Shown here: piece by piece, positions 18,027 through 26,737 of the stretch | Layout of the letters: each line of letters opens with the position of its first letter | Numbering within the stretch: the stretch's first letter is position 1 | IMG/VR virus record: IMGVR_UViG_3300005805_000233 | Coordinates: 1-35,953 of that record | Source: a virus | Lineage: Duplodnaviria > Caudoviricetes | Length of the DNA: 35,953 nucleotides | Direction: 5' to 3' (one strand) | Made by a program: the position numbers and the translations under genes | The notes under the pieces: model-generated | What the model saw: the letters and a program-made list of their open reading frames with translations, nothing else | What the model was told of the DNA's origin: nothing | Database searches by the model: none

Positions 18027-19463
18027 TCACATAAGGTTTCTAACAGCAACTCTTCTGTAGTATCTGTTAGCATTTTGCTTGATAGCACCCAGATCTCCTG
18101 GAGCATTACCATTAGCAAATGGGTTGGAGACCATACCATATCTGGTCTTGAATCCAATCTTAGGCTGGAAGGTGTCCTGACCAACAGCACGTACCATCTG
18201 GAGAGGTACATAAGGGCAGTAGAACAGACCAGCATCATAAGGATTGGTTCCCTTGTAACCTACAACATAATACTGAGTTGCAGAAAGGTTAGCAGAATAT
18301 GGGTCAATATAAACTTTGAACTTACCATTGAGAACACCAGCAAAAGTATTGCCAGTATCATCAACATTCAGGTTAGCATTGAGTGCAGGGGTGTAATCAA
18401 GCAGACCTGCCATGGTGAGTGCTGAAGCAACATCAGATGAGCAGAGGATGGTGTTGCCCTTCCCTCTACGAGTTCTGTATGCAATAGCATTAGCATCTCT
18501 CTCAATCTGGAACAGAAGTCCTTTGAACTTCTCAACAGACCATCTACCATTTGAGTCAACATCAAGGTCAAAGAAACCAGCATTAGCAACATTGGTCTGA
18601 GCACCAGGCTCAGCAATCTTGTAGATAGTTCTGATGACTTCTCTGTTGATTTCAGCAAGGATCTCTGAAGAGAGAATGTTTGCTAACTCAGCTTCAGCAT
18701 CAAGACCATGAATTGCCTTGAGGTCTTGTGCCAGTTCCAGAGTGTACTCAGCCTTGAGTGCTCTTGACTTTGCAGTAACTGAGAGTTTCTCAATACTGAA
18801 GGCCATCTGGTTGAACTGATTGCCATCACCTTGCCCAAGGTTCTCTGCATCATAGGTGGACATTCCCTGTCCAGTTCTATATTCAGTTCCTGATGCTCCT
18901 GCAGCATTCAGATCAGCAGGGTTGCTACCAGCAGCAAGACCACCAGCAGCAAATCCAGTAGTACCAAAACCTACTGAAGCACCATCATCTGAACCGCCAG
19001 TGTAATCACCTTGGGTCAGATTGAATCCATTATCTTGACCTGAGTATGCAGTATCAACTTCATTGAAGAAGGTTTCATTACCTTGTTGATCTACATATCT
19101 GCTTCTCATTGCAAAGATCAGTCCAGTAGGACCATTCATTGGCTGAACACCAGCCAGATCATATGCAACCAGATTAGGCATTGAACGTCTGATCAGTGAG
19201 ATCAGAACAGGGTCAAAACCTGCTACAGGACCACCAGCATTACCACCACCAGAGAAACCAGCACCATTGCCTGATTGACCTGAATAGGTGTATGAACCAC
19301 CTGGGGTTTCTGAGAGGAATCCTCTTTCTTCTTTTAAAAATCTTTCTTGGTTTTCGAGCAGAACAGCGGTAACTGCTTTCTTATAAGGGTCTGTGATTTG
19401 ATCAAGACCAGTTGCTTCTAAGAGAGGTTCCCACTTCTTCTGCAATTGTTCTGAAAGGAACAT
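18027..19463 (-). CDS. gp23: Major capsid protein (T4 gp23)
   Basis: AVLLENQ, DPVLISLIRR, GVQPMNGPTGLIFAMR, KSRALKAEYTLELAQDL, GFKTRYG. Confidence 0.99.
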   Translation of the reverse strand: MFLSEQLQKKWEPLLEATGLDQITDPYKKAVTAVLLENQERFLKEERGFLSETPGGSYTYSGQSGNGAGFSGGGNAGGPVAGFDPVLISLIRRSMPNLVAYDLAGVQPMNGPTGLIFAMRSRYVDQQGNETFFNEVDTAYSGQDNGFNLTQGDYTGGSDDGASVGFGTTGFAAGGLAAGSNPADLNAAGASGTEYRTGQGMSTYDAENLGQGDGNQFNQMAFSIEKLSVTAKSRALKAEYTLELAQDLKAIHGLDAEAELANILSSEILAEINREVIRTIYKIAEPGAQTNVANAGFFDLDVDSNGRWSVEKFKGLLFQIERDANAIAYRTRRGKGNTILCSSDVASALTMAGLLDYTPALNANLNVDDTGNTFAGVLNGKFKVYIDPYSANLSATQYYVVGYKGTNPYDAGLFYCPYVPLQMVRAVGQDTFQPKIGFKTRYGMVSNPFANGNAPGDLGAIKQNANRYYRRVAVRNLM

Positions 19464-19511
19464 TTGCTTTTCTCCTTGTTTGTCTTGTTAAAGTGTTGTA
19501 TTAACTAAATG

Positions 19512-19519
19512 TATTTATT
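19512..19519 (-). promoter_or_regulatory. Late promoter variant for gp23
   Basis: AATAAATA in gp22-gp23 intergenic region; AGGAG RBS downstream. Confidence 0.65.
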
Positions 19520-19531
19520 ATATAAGAGTTT

Positions 19532-20704
19532 TCACTTAGAGAACTTACTTACTGCTCTGAGATAAGCATTCATAGAATCTCCATAATCTTCTTGTGCTTG
19601 CTCAGACAGAATTTCTCCTTTTGAAGATCCTGGATTTCTTGGGAAATATGATTCCTTCAGAGCTTCCAGTTTCTCACGATATTCTGATTCACTTTCAAAC
19701 TCAACACTCTCAGCAAGACCTGCAAGTTTTTCCTTCTGAGTTAAAGCTAACCCTTCAGTAACATCATTAAAGATAGTATCACTTACAGCTTCGCTAAGCC
19801 TTTGGTTTAACTGAACATTTCTTTCGATTTGCTCGTTGAGTTTTTCTTCCATTTCATCTAATCTCATAACCATATTTTCTAACACATTATATTTTTCTTC
19901 AGGGATTTCTACATAATGTTCTTCAAAAAGTGACTTAAGACCAGTCATGAATGACTCAGAGAGTTCACCCTTAAGACCACTTTCAATCTGAAGGGAGTTT
20001 TCATCAACCCATTCTTCAGATACATATTCCAGATAAGAATCAACTCTTTGAGTTAACTCTTCTTTGATAGCAGCAACTTCTTGTACTAATGCATTATTGA
20101 ACTTAAGTTCCAGAGATTCTTTGATCTCTGAAATTTTTGATCTTACTGCAGCTTCGAAAATAAGTGATGCTCTACCTTTGAACTCTTCTGAAAGATCTTC
20201 ATTGCCAACTAAGGCATTGACATCTTCAGAAAAGTCCATTTCAAATTCTTCTTCCATATCCTCTTCATCTTCTTTATCTTCCTTCTCACCTTTTTCTTTT
20301 TTCTCTCCTTTCTCTTCTTTCTCTTTAGATTCTTCAGCAACTACTTCATTATCTTCATCAATTTCTTCAACTAACTCTTCATCATATTCTGACTCTTCAC
20401 CATAGCTTGCTTGCTTACCAACAATGTTTGCTGGCATAGGATCTCCAGATTTGGCACCCTGGTTAACTACATTTCTTACTGCCTTAAGAGTTGCTCCAGG
20501 GGTCTTAAGTTTATTAGAATCTCCCAGGGGTGAATTTTCTCCAGTTGGAGTAGGTCCACCAAGATCTTCCCAAGAAGCAGATTGTCCCTCTACCTTAGCA
20601 TCAAAACTTGGTCTTGATTCTGCAGGTTTAGCACCTTTGTTAACAGCGGTGACTGATTTTTTAGTAGATACTTCCATTTCTTGTAAATTGCTACCAGCGC
20701 TCAT
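19532..20704 (-). CDS. gp22: Prohead core scaffold protein (T4 gp22)
   Basis: Acidic coiled coil, LSEEFK..A..IFEAAV, VDSYLEYV..EW, LKESYF; between gp21 and gp23. Confidence 0.95.
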   Translation of the reverse strand: MSAGSNLQEMEVSTKKSVTAVNKGAKPAESRPSFDAKVEGQSASWEDLGGPTPTGENSPLGDSNKLKTPGATLKAVRNVVNQGAKSGDPMPANIVGKQASYGEESEYDEELVEEIDEDNEVVAEESKEKEEKGEKKEKGEKEDKEDEEDMEEEFEMDFSEDVNALVGNEDLSEEFKGRASLIFEAAVRSKISEIKESLELKFNNALVQEVAAIKEELTQRVDSYLEYVSEEWVDENSLQIESGLKGELSESFMTGLKSLFEEHYVEIPEEKYNVLENMVMRLDEMEEKLNEQIERNVQLNQRLSEAVSDTIFNDVTEGLALTQKEKLAGLAESVEFESESEYREKLEALKESYFPRNPGSSKGEILSEQAQEDYGDSMNAYLRAVSKFSK

Positions 20705-20751
20705 TTGTATTCTCCGAATAAAATCTTTGTTTTTTTAATTTATTCTATATT

Positions 20752-20759
20752 TATTTATA
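20752..20759 (-). promoter_or_regulatory. Late promoter for gp22
   Basis: Exact TATAAATA, tandem with AATAAATA. Confidence 0.8.
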
Positions 20760-20761
20760 AT

Positions 20762-21412
20762 TTAAAGATTTAAAAGATATTGATTTAACAAATCAAGTTT
20801 TCTTTGCTCACTTAACTTTCTATGTCTTGTATGTTTTTCTATAAGTTTTCTAGCTTGATCAGCAGCTTTTTCTTTAAGAATTCCACCTTCCCATACCCAC
20901 TCTTTACCTTCCATGATGCCTTGAACAAAGGCATCTGGGGCAGAAGGGTCTGCAACAATATCTGCAGCAGTAGCTAACATAAAGTCATCACCAACATATC
21001 TAACACCATTTTTTTCAATGAGAGATCCAATACCTCTTGATGAAACACCTAATTTCACACCTTCTCCAAGAAGAGATTTTGCAATATTTCCCATAGGAGT
21101 ATCAAGAATCTTTGCTTTACCTACAAAGTTATTTCCTTCAGAATGAAGGTCAGTGATCATATGGGAAACTCTATCAAGATTTACAGTAGGTCCATCTGGG
21201 TGTCCAAGTTCTCCAAGAGCACGACCATTCTTAATGAATGTGTCATTATATCTTTTGACTTCTCTTTCCAGAATTTGAAATGGGTAACATCTACCATTTC
21301 TGTTAGTTACTTCAGCCTGAAGAAATGGACCTGTGATATACAGGGTTTGTTTTCCATTGCTTTCTTCAGTAATAATTTCTACTGATTCTATCTCTTCTGT
21401 GATTAGTTTCAT
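20762..21412 (-). CDS. gp21: Prohead protease (T4 gp21)
   Basis: NRNGRCY, GELGHP, GVSSRGIGS, DIVADPSAPDAFV. Confidence 0.97.
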   Translation of the reverse strand: MKLITEEIESVEIITEESNGKQTLYITGPFLQAEVTNRNGRCYPFQILEREVKRYNDTFIKNGRALGELGHPDGPTVNLDRVSHMITDLHSEGNNFVGKAKILDTPMGNIAKSLLGEGVKLGVSSRGIGSLIEKNGVRYVGDDFMLATAADIVADPSAPDAFVQGIMEGKEWVWEGGILKEKAADQARKLIEKHTRHRKLSEQRKLDLLNQYLLNL

Positions 21413-21416
21413 TTGA

Positions 21417-21944
21417 TTATGCCTGAGATGCTATTTGAACTTCTGTAATATATAAGGATCCAGATGCTGAACCAACACCAGCAACTTTAATACTCCTTGC
21501 TGCATATGCATTAGTAACTGCAATTCCAGTAAGAGAAGAACTATCATAACTGATAGTAACAGTGCTTTCTCCTGTAAATGGATTTTCTGATCTTGCAGTA
21601 ATTAAAGTATGTGAGGTATCTATGCCTACAGAGTTGCCAATAGTTATATAATCTCCAACAACAAATGGATTTCCTGAATTTTGCCCAAAAGAAACAATTG
21701 TTGATGTTCCAGTAGTAATACCAGCAATCTTTTGTCTTGCAACTCTTTCTTTAATAATTTCAGATGTTCCTGCTGGAATAGCTAAAGTATTTGAAGATGC
21801 AACTGGTGCTCCTCCAGTTTCAATATTACAAAGAACAGTTGGAGTTAATCTTAAATAACCAGTAGTAAGTTCAATAGGAACACTGGTAGATATACCAGTA
21901 GTAACTGATAATGTTGTTATGTTTTGTGCAACCTTTAATGCCAT
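21417..21944 (-). CDS. Hypothetical Ser/Thr/Gly-rich, probably virion-associated protein
   Basis: Start ATG 21944 in TGATG overlap; beta-rich composition; in the head gene cluster. Confidence 0.7.
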   Translation of the reverse strand: MALKVAQNITTLSVTTGISTSVPIELTTGYLRLTPTVLCNIETGGAPVASSNTLAIPAGTSEIIKERVARQKIAGITTGTSTIVSFGQNSGNPFVVGDYITIGNSVGIDTSHTLITARSENPFTGESTVTISYDSSSLTGIAVTNAYAARSIKVAGVGSASGSLYITEVQIASQA

Positions 21945-22123
21945 CAATCTTCCTCTGATTCTTGATCTTGAATATTACCAAACATCGATTGTGCAATTTC
22001 AGGTCTTAATGAATTAATTTTTTCCGCAGATTTAGCATAAAGAATTTCTTTAATCTTATCAGAAGCCTGCTCTGCGGAATTATCAGTCATTAAAATATCC
22101 AATAAATCATAACTAGGATCCAT
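21944..22123 (-). CDS. Small acidic prohead core protein, gp67-like (59 aa, below ORF-track cutoff)
   Basis: MDPSYDLLDILMTDNSAEQASDKIKEILYAKSAEKINSLRPEIAQSMFGNIQDQESEED; GAGG RBS; late promoter upstream; follows gp20 as T4 gene 67 does. Confidence 0.75.
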   Translation of the reverse strand: MDPSYDLLDILMTDNSAEQASDKIKEILYAKSAEKINSLRPEIAQSMFGNIQDQESEED

Positions 22124-22148
22124 AAAAAGTCCTCAATTTTTATAAAAG

Positions 22149-22156
22149 TATTTATA
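22149..22156 (-). promoter_or_regulatory. Late promoter overlapping gp20 stop
   Basis: Exact TATAAATA. Confidence 0.75.
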
Positions 22157-23834
22157 TCTCTGCAGATTTAGTGTTAATCTTGGTTGCTGCTTGTGCTTGA
22201 GCATCAGTTGATGCACCTTGACCTTCTAATCCAGGTTCTAATGGAACTTGTCCAAGCATCATAGATGGATCAGTTGGTAAAATTGGAGATCCATTTGGAC
22301 CAAGTGGAGGAAATTCTTTTGGATCTACATACTCACCATCTTTAATTTCTTTTTCAATTAATCTATTTTGATCTACAATTTCTTGATCAGTTTGCCTTAA
22401 GATCTTTCTTCTTACAAAATCTTTGGAGTAATAAGTACCAATGTATGGTTGAACTGCCATTGCCAAATTAAGACGTTCATTCATTAATTCAGTTTCTTTA
22501 AGTTCAGAGAAATGTCCATCATAAAGGTAATCATATTGGATATGATCACTCATTCTTTCCCAATCTTCTGGAGTAACAATATTCTTAAGAATTAATTGTG
22601 TCTTAAGCATGTCATGGAAAACTTGACTAAATCTCTTTCTCAACCTTCCAACAAACTTACCAAACATTAATTCATCTCTAAGAATTTCAGATGAACGTCC
22701 TAAGTTAAAACCACCATCAGAAGCAGTTCTTGATTCTGGAACATTAAGTGCTCTAAACAGTTTCTTTTGGAAATACTGAACATCAGCAAGTTCTCCAAGA
22801 TTTTGTCCACCAGGAAGAGTTGTAATTTCAGTTCCTCTACCACCTTCTCTTCTTGGAAGCCAGAAATCTTCCATCATGCTCATGAACTTTTTATCATCAC
22901 GCATTTCACCAGTATTTGCATCATAAACAAGTTTATTTCTATACCTATTCATAACATCTCTAAGGTATTGCTCTGCCTTTACCTTAGGAAGATTGCCAAC
23001 ATCAATGTAGAAAATTCTTCTTTCTGGAGCACGTGATAATCTATAAATTACCAATGCATCTTCAATCATTCTTAGTTGATTGAGTGCCTTAATTGCTTTA
23101 TGTAAATATGATAATGTAAGTTGTCTATTTCTATCTACAAGACCTGAAGTAACATAGGTCATTGCATCTTTTGCAATTGGAATACCTTTGCTACTTGCAC
23201 CATATTTTTGAATACTTGATGTTGGGTAGTACACAAAGTATTCATCAATCTCAGGCTCTATGAAAGCTGTGGGATTTTTATCATCTGGAACACGTACATT
23301 ATTATTTTCTAATCCAGATTTTTTTTCAACCCTCATAAATCTAACTTTGAGGGGATCCATATATCTAATATCTACAATCCCTTCCTCTGGTTTTTTTAAA
23401 TCAATAACTTTGTGATATAAGAGTCTACCATCAACGTACCAATTCTTAAAGATTTCATGAGATTTTTTATCAAAATCCATTATATCTTTAATAAATTTGA
23501 ATTCTTCTCTTATAATTTTCTTTAATCCATCACTAGCATTAAGATTACTTAATTCAATTTCAACTGGAGAATCATTTAAATCACTAACAATTGCTTCATT
23601 AACAACATTTTCAATGGCAGCATCACACTCAGGGTGAAGTGACATTTCACGATATCTTTTAATCAGGTCGTATTCATTTCTGAATACGCCTTCAATATCT
23701 ACATATTGTCCATAAAATCCACTAGTTAGATAATAATCTGCCCCGTCCTCATTATTTTCTGGGACGGGGGATAGTGCACTCTTAGGTAACTTAGTACTTT
23801 CGTCATCAATTGAAAACCCAAAAAGTTTTGCCAT
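22152..23834 (-). CDS. gp20: Portal protein (T4 gp20)
   Basis: WYVDGR, YRLSRAPERRIFYIDVGNLP, EDFWLPRREGGRGTEITTLPGG. Confidence 0.98.
   Translation of the reverse strand: MAKLFGFSIDDESTKLPKSALSPVPENNEDGADYYLTSGFYGQYVDIEGVFRNEYDLIKRYREMSLHPECDAAIENVVNEAIVSDLNDSPVEIELSNLNASDGLKKIIREEFKFIKDIMDFDKKSHEIFKNWYVDGRLLYHKVIDLKKPEEGIVDIRYMDPLKVRFMRVEKKSGLENNNVRVPDDKNPTAFIEPEIDEYFVYYPTSSIQKYGASSKGIPIAKDAMTYVTSGLVDRNRQLTLSYLHKAIKALNQLRMIEDALVIYRLSRAPERRIFYIDVGNLPKVKAEQYLRDVMNRYRNKLVYDANTGEMRDDKKFMSMMEDFWLPRREGGRGTEITTLPGGQNLGELADVQYFQKKLFRALNVPESRTASDGGFNLGRSSEILRDELMFGKFVGRLRKRFSQVFHDMLKTQLILKNIVTPEDWERMSDHIQYDYLYDGHFSELKETELMNERLNLAMAVQPYIGTYYSKDFVRRKILRQTDQEIVDQNRLIEKEIKDGEYVDPKEFPPLGPNGSPILPTDPSMMLGQVPLEPGLEGQGASTDAQAQAATKINTKSAEI
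23741..23769. other. GC-rich intragenic hairpin near the 5' end of gp20
   Basis: CCCCGTCC-13 nt-GGACGGGG perfect 8-bp inverted repeat. Confidence 0.55.
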
Positions 23835-23856
23835 CGTATAATTTTAAACTATGTAC

Positions 23857-23863
23857 TATTTAG
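23857..23863 (-). promoter_or_regulatory. Late promoter variant (CTAAATA) upstream of gp20
   Basis: CTAAATA overlapping gp19 stop; same variant recurs upstream of other late genes. Confidence 0.5.
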
Positions 23864-24486
23864 ACAACATCTGCAGCATCAGTTTCAGTATAAGCTTCCC
23901 AATACTGAACTTGAAGGTCTACAGTAAATTCTTCAATTTCATTTTCATTATTATAAGAGAGGTCAATTTGTGAAACATTAGTTGGGAATACACCTTTTAC
24001 TACATACCTTCTTAAAGATCCAATAGTAGTCCCATTATCATTTCCTCTAATATTTAATGGAGCAATTGGACCTCTTGAAAGTTGTACAACATTCATATCA
24101 ACCATATAATCTAAAACATTAAGACTACCAGATCCATCTGATACCTTAGTGATGGTGTTCATCCATCTTTCAAAGTATCTTCTCCATTTAAAGTCAGTAT
24201 CATTAAGAACTGTAATAGTCCAAACATCAAAAGTTCTATCTCCACCAAGTTTTAAGGTTCTTCCTCTAAATGGAACTGGAATTTCAGTGATAGTTGATGC
24301 AGGTAATCCAGCAGATTTGATTAACATCAAATCTCCTTCTTCGAAAGTTATCCCTAAGTCCAAAACTGATTGAGGAAGACCCCCTTCTTCTGATCCAAAA
24401 CTTACTTCAAATAAGTTACTGCGAGCACCACCACCTCTAAGTTTTGACTTAAAGGCATCAATAGTTCTTTGTTGAAAAGTAGCCAT
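23860..24486 (-). CDS. gp19: Tail tube protein (T4 gp19)
   Basis: GGGARSNLFEV, VPFRGRTLK..GDRTF..WTITV.ND, FPTNVSQIDL, IEEFTV. Confidence 0.96.
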   Translation of the reverse strand: MATFQQRTIDAFKSKLRGGGARSNLFEVSFGSEEGGLPQSVLDLGITFEEGDLMLIKSAGLPASTITEIPVPFRGRTLKLGGDRTFDVWTITVLNDTDFKWRRYFERWMNTITKVSDGSGSLNVLDYMVDMNVVQLSRGPIAPLNIRGNDNGTTIGSLRRYVVKGVFPTNVSQIDLSYNNENEIEEFTVDLQVQYWEAYTETDAADVV

Positions 24487-24506
24487 TTTAGTTTCTCCTG
24501 ATTAAA

Positions 24507-26681
24507 TTAAACTGATCCTACAACTGTTTCAAACGAAACCCCAGTCCTGGTAGCAACAAAGGTTAATCCAATGAAGTTAATTGATCTTGCTGGTTTCACA
24601 TAGATATCAGCAATAAATTCATTTCTATCAATTACATCAGGGGTGTTATTGGTTTCATCACAAACTAACAGATAGTCAGTGACTCCTCTCTTAATTTGAA
24701 CATCTCTTAAATATGGTTCAACAATGTTGATGAAGTTTGCTCTTGTAGTTGAATCATTAAATTCAAAGAGTTGAGCATCTGCAGCACTCTTAACTGCCTG
24801 TTCAATAGCAATAAACAATCTTCTAACATTAATTCTATCAAATGCTGATTGATAAGCAAGTGCAGTTTTATCTCCAAAGAGAATAATGCCAGATCCTGGT
24901 GATGAGATTATAGGGTTAATTCTTTGTGAATAAAGCCTATCTCTATCATCTTGTCCTGGATTGTATGCAAGTTTAATTGGGAACTTAAGAGATCCTCTTG
25001 TCTTACCTGCAGGAGAATACCAAGGATATTGATCAATATCTGTTCTTACACAGAGACCTGCAACATCTGCAGAACATGGAATGTAAACAAATTGTTGGTT
25101 ATATCTATCATAAACATACTGATACCCACTATCAAATATTGCATAAGATGAAGAAGTTAATGGGGAGAAGAATGATAAAATATTTGTCAGTTGAGTTGCT
25201 GCTGGTGTTACATTAACAACACCTTCTCTGTATGGAGAGATAACTGCAATACAATCTTTTCTAGTTTCTGCAATGCTAATCATTTTATTAGCTTTTGCTT
25301 GCTCATCTTCTTTACCAAGAGATGCACTTCCTTGAAGTAAGAAATTGATGGTAGAAGCAGTGTCTGAAGTGAACAGATCATATGAATCTGAAAGATTTGC
25401 TAAGGATACTGCAAGTCCTCCAATGTTATTATCTCCACTATAATCTTTACCACCATTTAACTCAAATGTTTTGTTTCCAACAACATTAAAGTTTACTGCA
25501 TCTGATTCTACTCCCCAAACACCTAAAGATTCTGAAACAGGAGTAAAGTTAGCAGAGAACTTAGCTTGTACTGGATCTACTCCCCAAATTGCATTTGTAG
25601 CATCGCCAATTGATTTGCCTGCATAAATGTATTGTGAATTTAATCCAAGATAATCTTTGTAGTATACATTTTGTGAAGGAGAAATTGTGGCATCTTTTGC
25701 TTTAGAAAGATTTACAAATTTTTCTAAAAGTGCTTGTGGGGAACCTGAAATATTTCCTGGTTTTTTGCTGTCTAAAACAACAACATGCAATGCATCATTA
25801 GAACCACCTCTTTCAGTTACATATGCATTATTTCTTGGTTTTGGTGCAATGCTTCTCCAAGATAAATCTGTATAATCGCCATTTGCAGTGCTAAGTACAT
25901 ACTGACTGTTGTACCAATCTGCAACTGAAGTTGCAGTTAAAACTGTTGATGCTGTTCCAACTGTGGTTGCACCTGCTGTATGAATACCAATTTGAGAAGT
26001 GGTAAATGCATATGTGCTGTTTTCTGTATATTCCTGAATAGTTTCTACAGCACCAATTACCTTAGATACAACCTTAACAGTGATGCTAGATGCTCCAACC
26101 CCAGTAACAATGCCTTTAAGATATCCTGAAGCAGCAGAAGTTGTTCCAACTCCAGCAACTACACCTGCAAGTGCTTGAGTTACACCATATCCAACAAGAA
26201 CATTTGCAGTAGATACACCTGATAAAATTTGGTCTGCAAAGTTATCTATTACACAAACCTTAAGACCTTCTCCCCAATAACCTGGATTTTTTGCTGTCCA
26301 GAAGAATGTGGTGTCATCAATAAAATCTTCTTGATAATCAGTGTAATTTTCAATTTTAAGAGTAGTCAATGATGTTTGGGCAACACCAGCATTTGAGTTT
26401 TTGAGGTTAGTTCCAGAACATCTAACAACATTTAAGCTTCCACCATATGCCATAAAGTTGGATGCTGAATACCATGCTTCATAATGGTAATCATTGACTG
26501 AAGGCTTGCCAAAAACTGATAGTAATTCAGTTTCACTTGTAATAGTAACAATTTGATTGACTGGACCTTTTGAAAAAGGTGCAGCAATACCAGCTGATAA
26601 TGAAGTAGTATTACTGATACCACCTCTGGTTAAATCTACTTCTCTTACTTTAATACCTGGAGATGCTAAGCTAAGCGCCAT
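24507..26681 (-). CDS. gp18: Tail sheath protein (T4 gp18)
   Basis: LASPGIKVREVD, PWYSPAG, FDRINVRRLF, KPARSINFI. Confidence 0.98.
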   Translation of the reverse strand: MALSLASPGIKVREVDLTRGGISNTTSLSAGIAAPFSKGPVNQIVTITSETELLSVFGKPSVNDYHYEAWYSASNFMAYGGSLNVVRCSGTNLKNSNAGVAQTSLTTLKIENYTDYQEDFIDDTTFFWTAKNPGYWGEGLKVCVIDNFADQILSGVSTANVLVGYGVTQALAGVVAGVGTTSAASGYLKGIVTGVGASSITVKVVSKVIGAVETIQEYTENSTYAFTTSQIGIHTAGATTVGTASTVLTATSVADWYNSQYVLSTANGDYTDLSWRSIAPKPRNNAYVTERGGSNDALHVVVLDSKKPGNISGSPQALLEKFVNLSKAKDATISPSQNVYYKDYLGLNSQYIYAGKSIGDATNAIWGVDPVQAKFSANFTPVSESLGVWGVESDAVNFNVVGNKTFELNGGKDYSGDNNIGGLAVSLANLSDSYDLFTSDTASTINFLLQGSASLGKEDEQAKANKMISIAETRKDCIAVISPYREGVVNVTPAATQLTNILSFFSPLTSSSYAIFDSGYQYVYDRYNQQFVYIPCSADVAGLCVRTDIDQYPWYSPAGKTRGSLKFPIKLAYNPGQDDRDRLYSQRINPIISSPGSGIILFGDKTALAYQSAFDRINVRRLFIAIEQAVKSAADAQLFEFNDSTTRANFINIVEPYLRDVQIKRGVTDYLLVCDETNNTPDVIDRNEFIADIYVKPARSINFIGLTFVATRTGVSFETVVGSV

Positions 26682-26718
26682 TTTGACTCCTCTAAATGCT
26701 TCATTTTTGCTCTAAAAG

Positions 26719-26726
26719 TATTTATA
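26719..26726 (-). promoter_or_regulatory. Late promoter for gp18
   Basis: Exact TATAAATA in gp17-gp18 intergenic region; GAGGAG RBS downstream. Confidence 0.8.
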
Positions 26727-26737
26727 ATTTTCTCCTT

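Noticed and set aside
17975-18907. Alternative-frame minus-strand ORFs within gp23
   Set aside because: Explained by the biased codon usage of a highly expressed gene; no RBS or coherent protein features
20240-20400. Purine-rich low-complexity tract resembling a tandem repeat
   Set aside because: Encodes the Glu/Lys/Asp-rich linker normal for gp22 scaffolds
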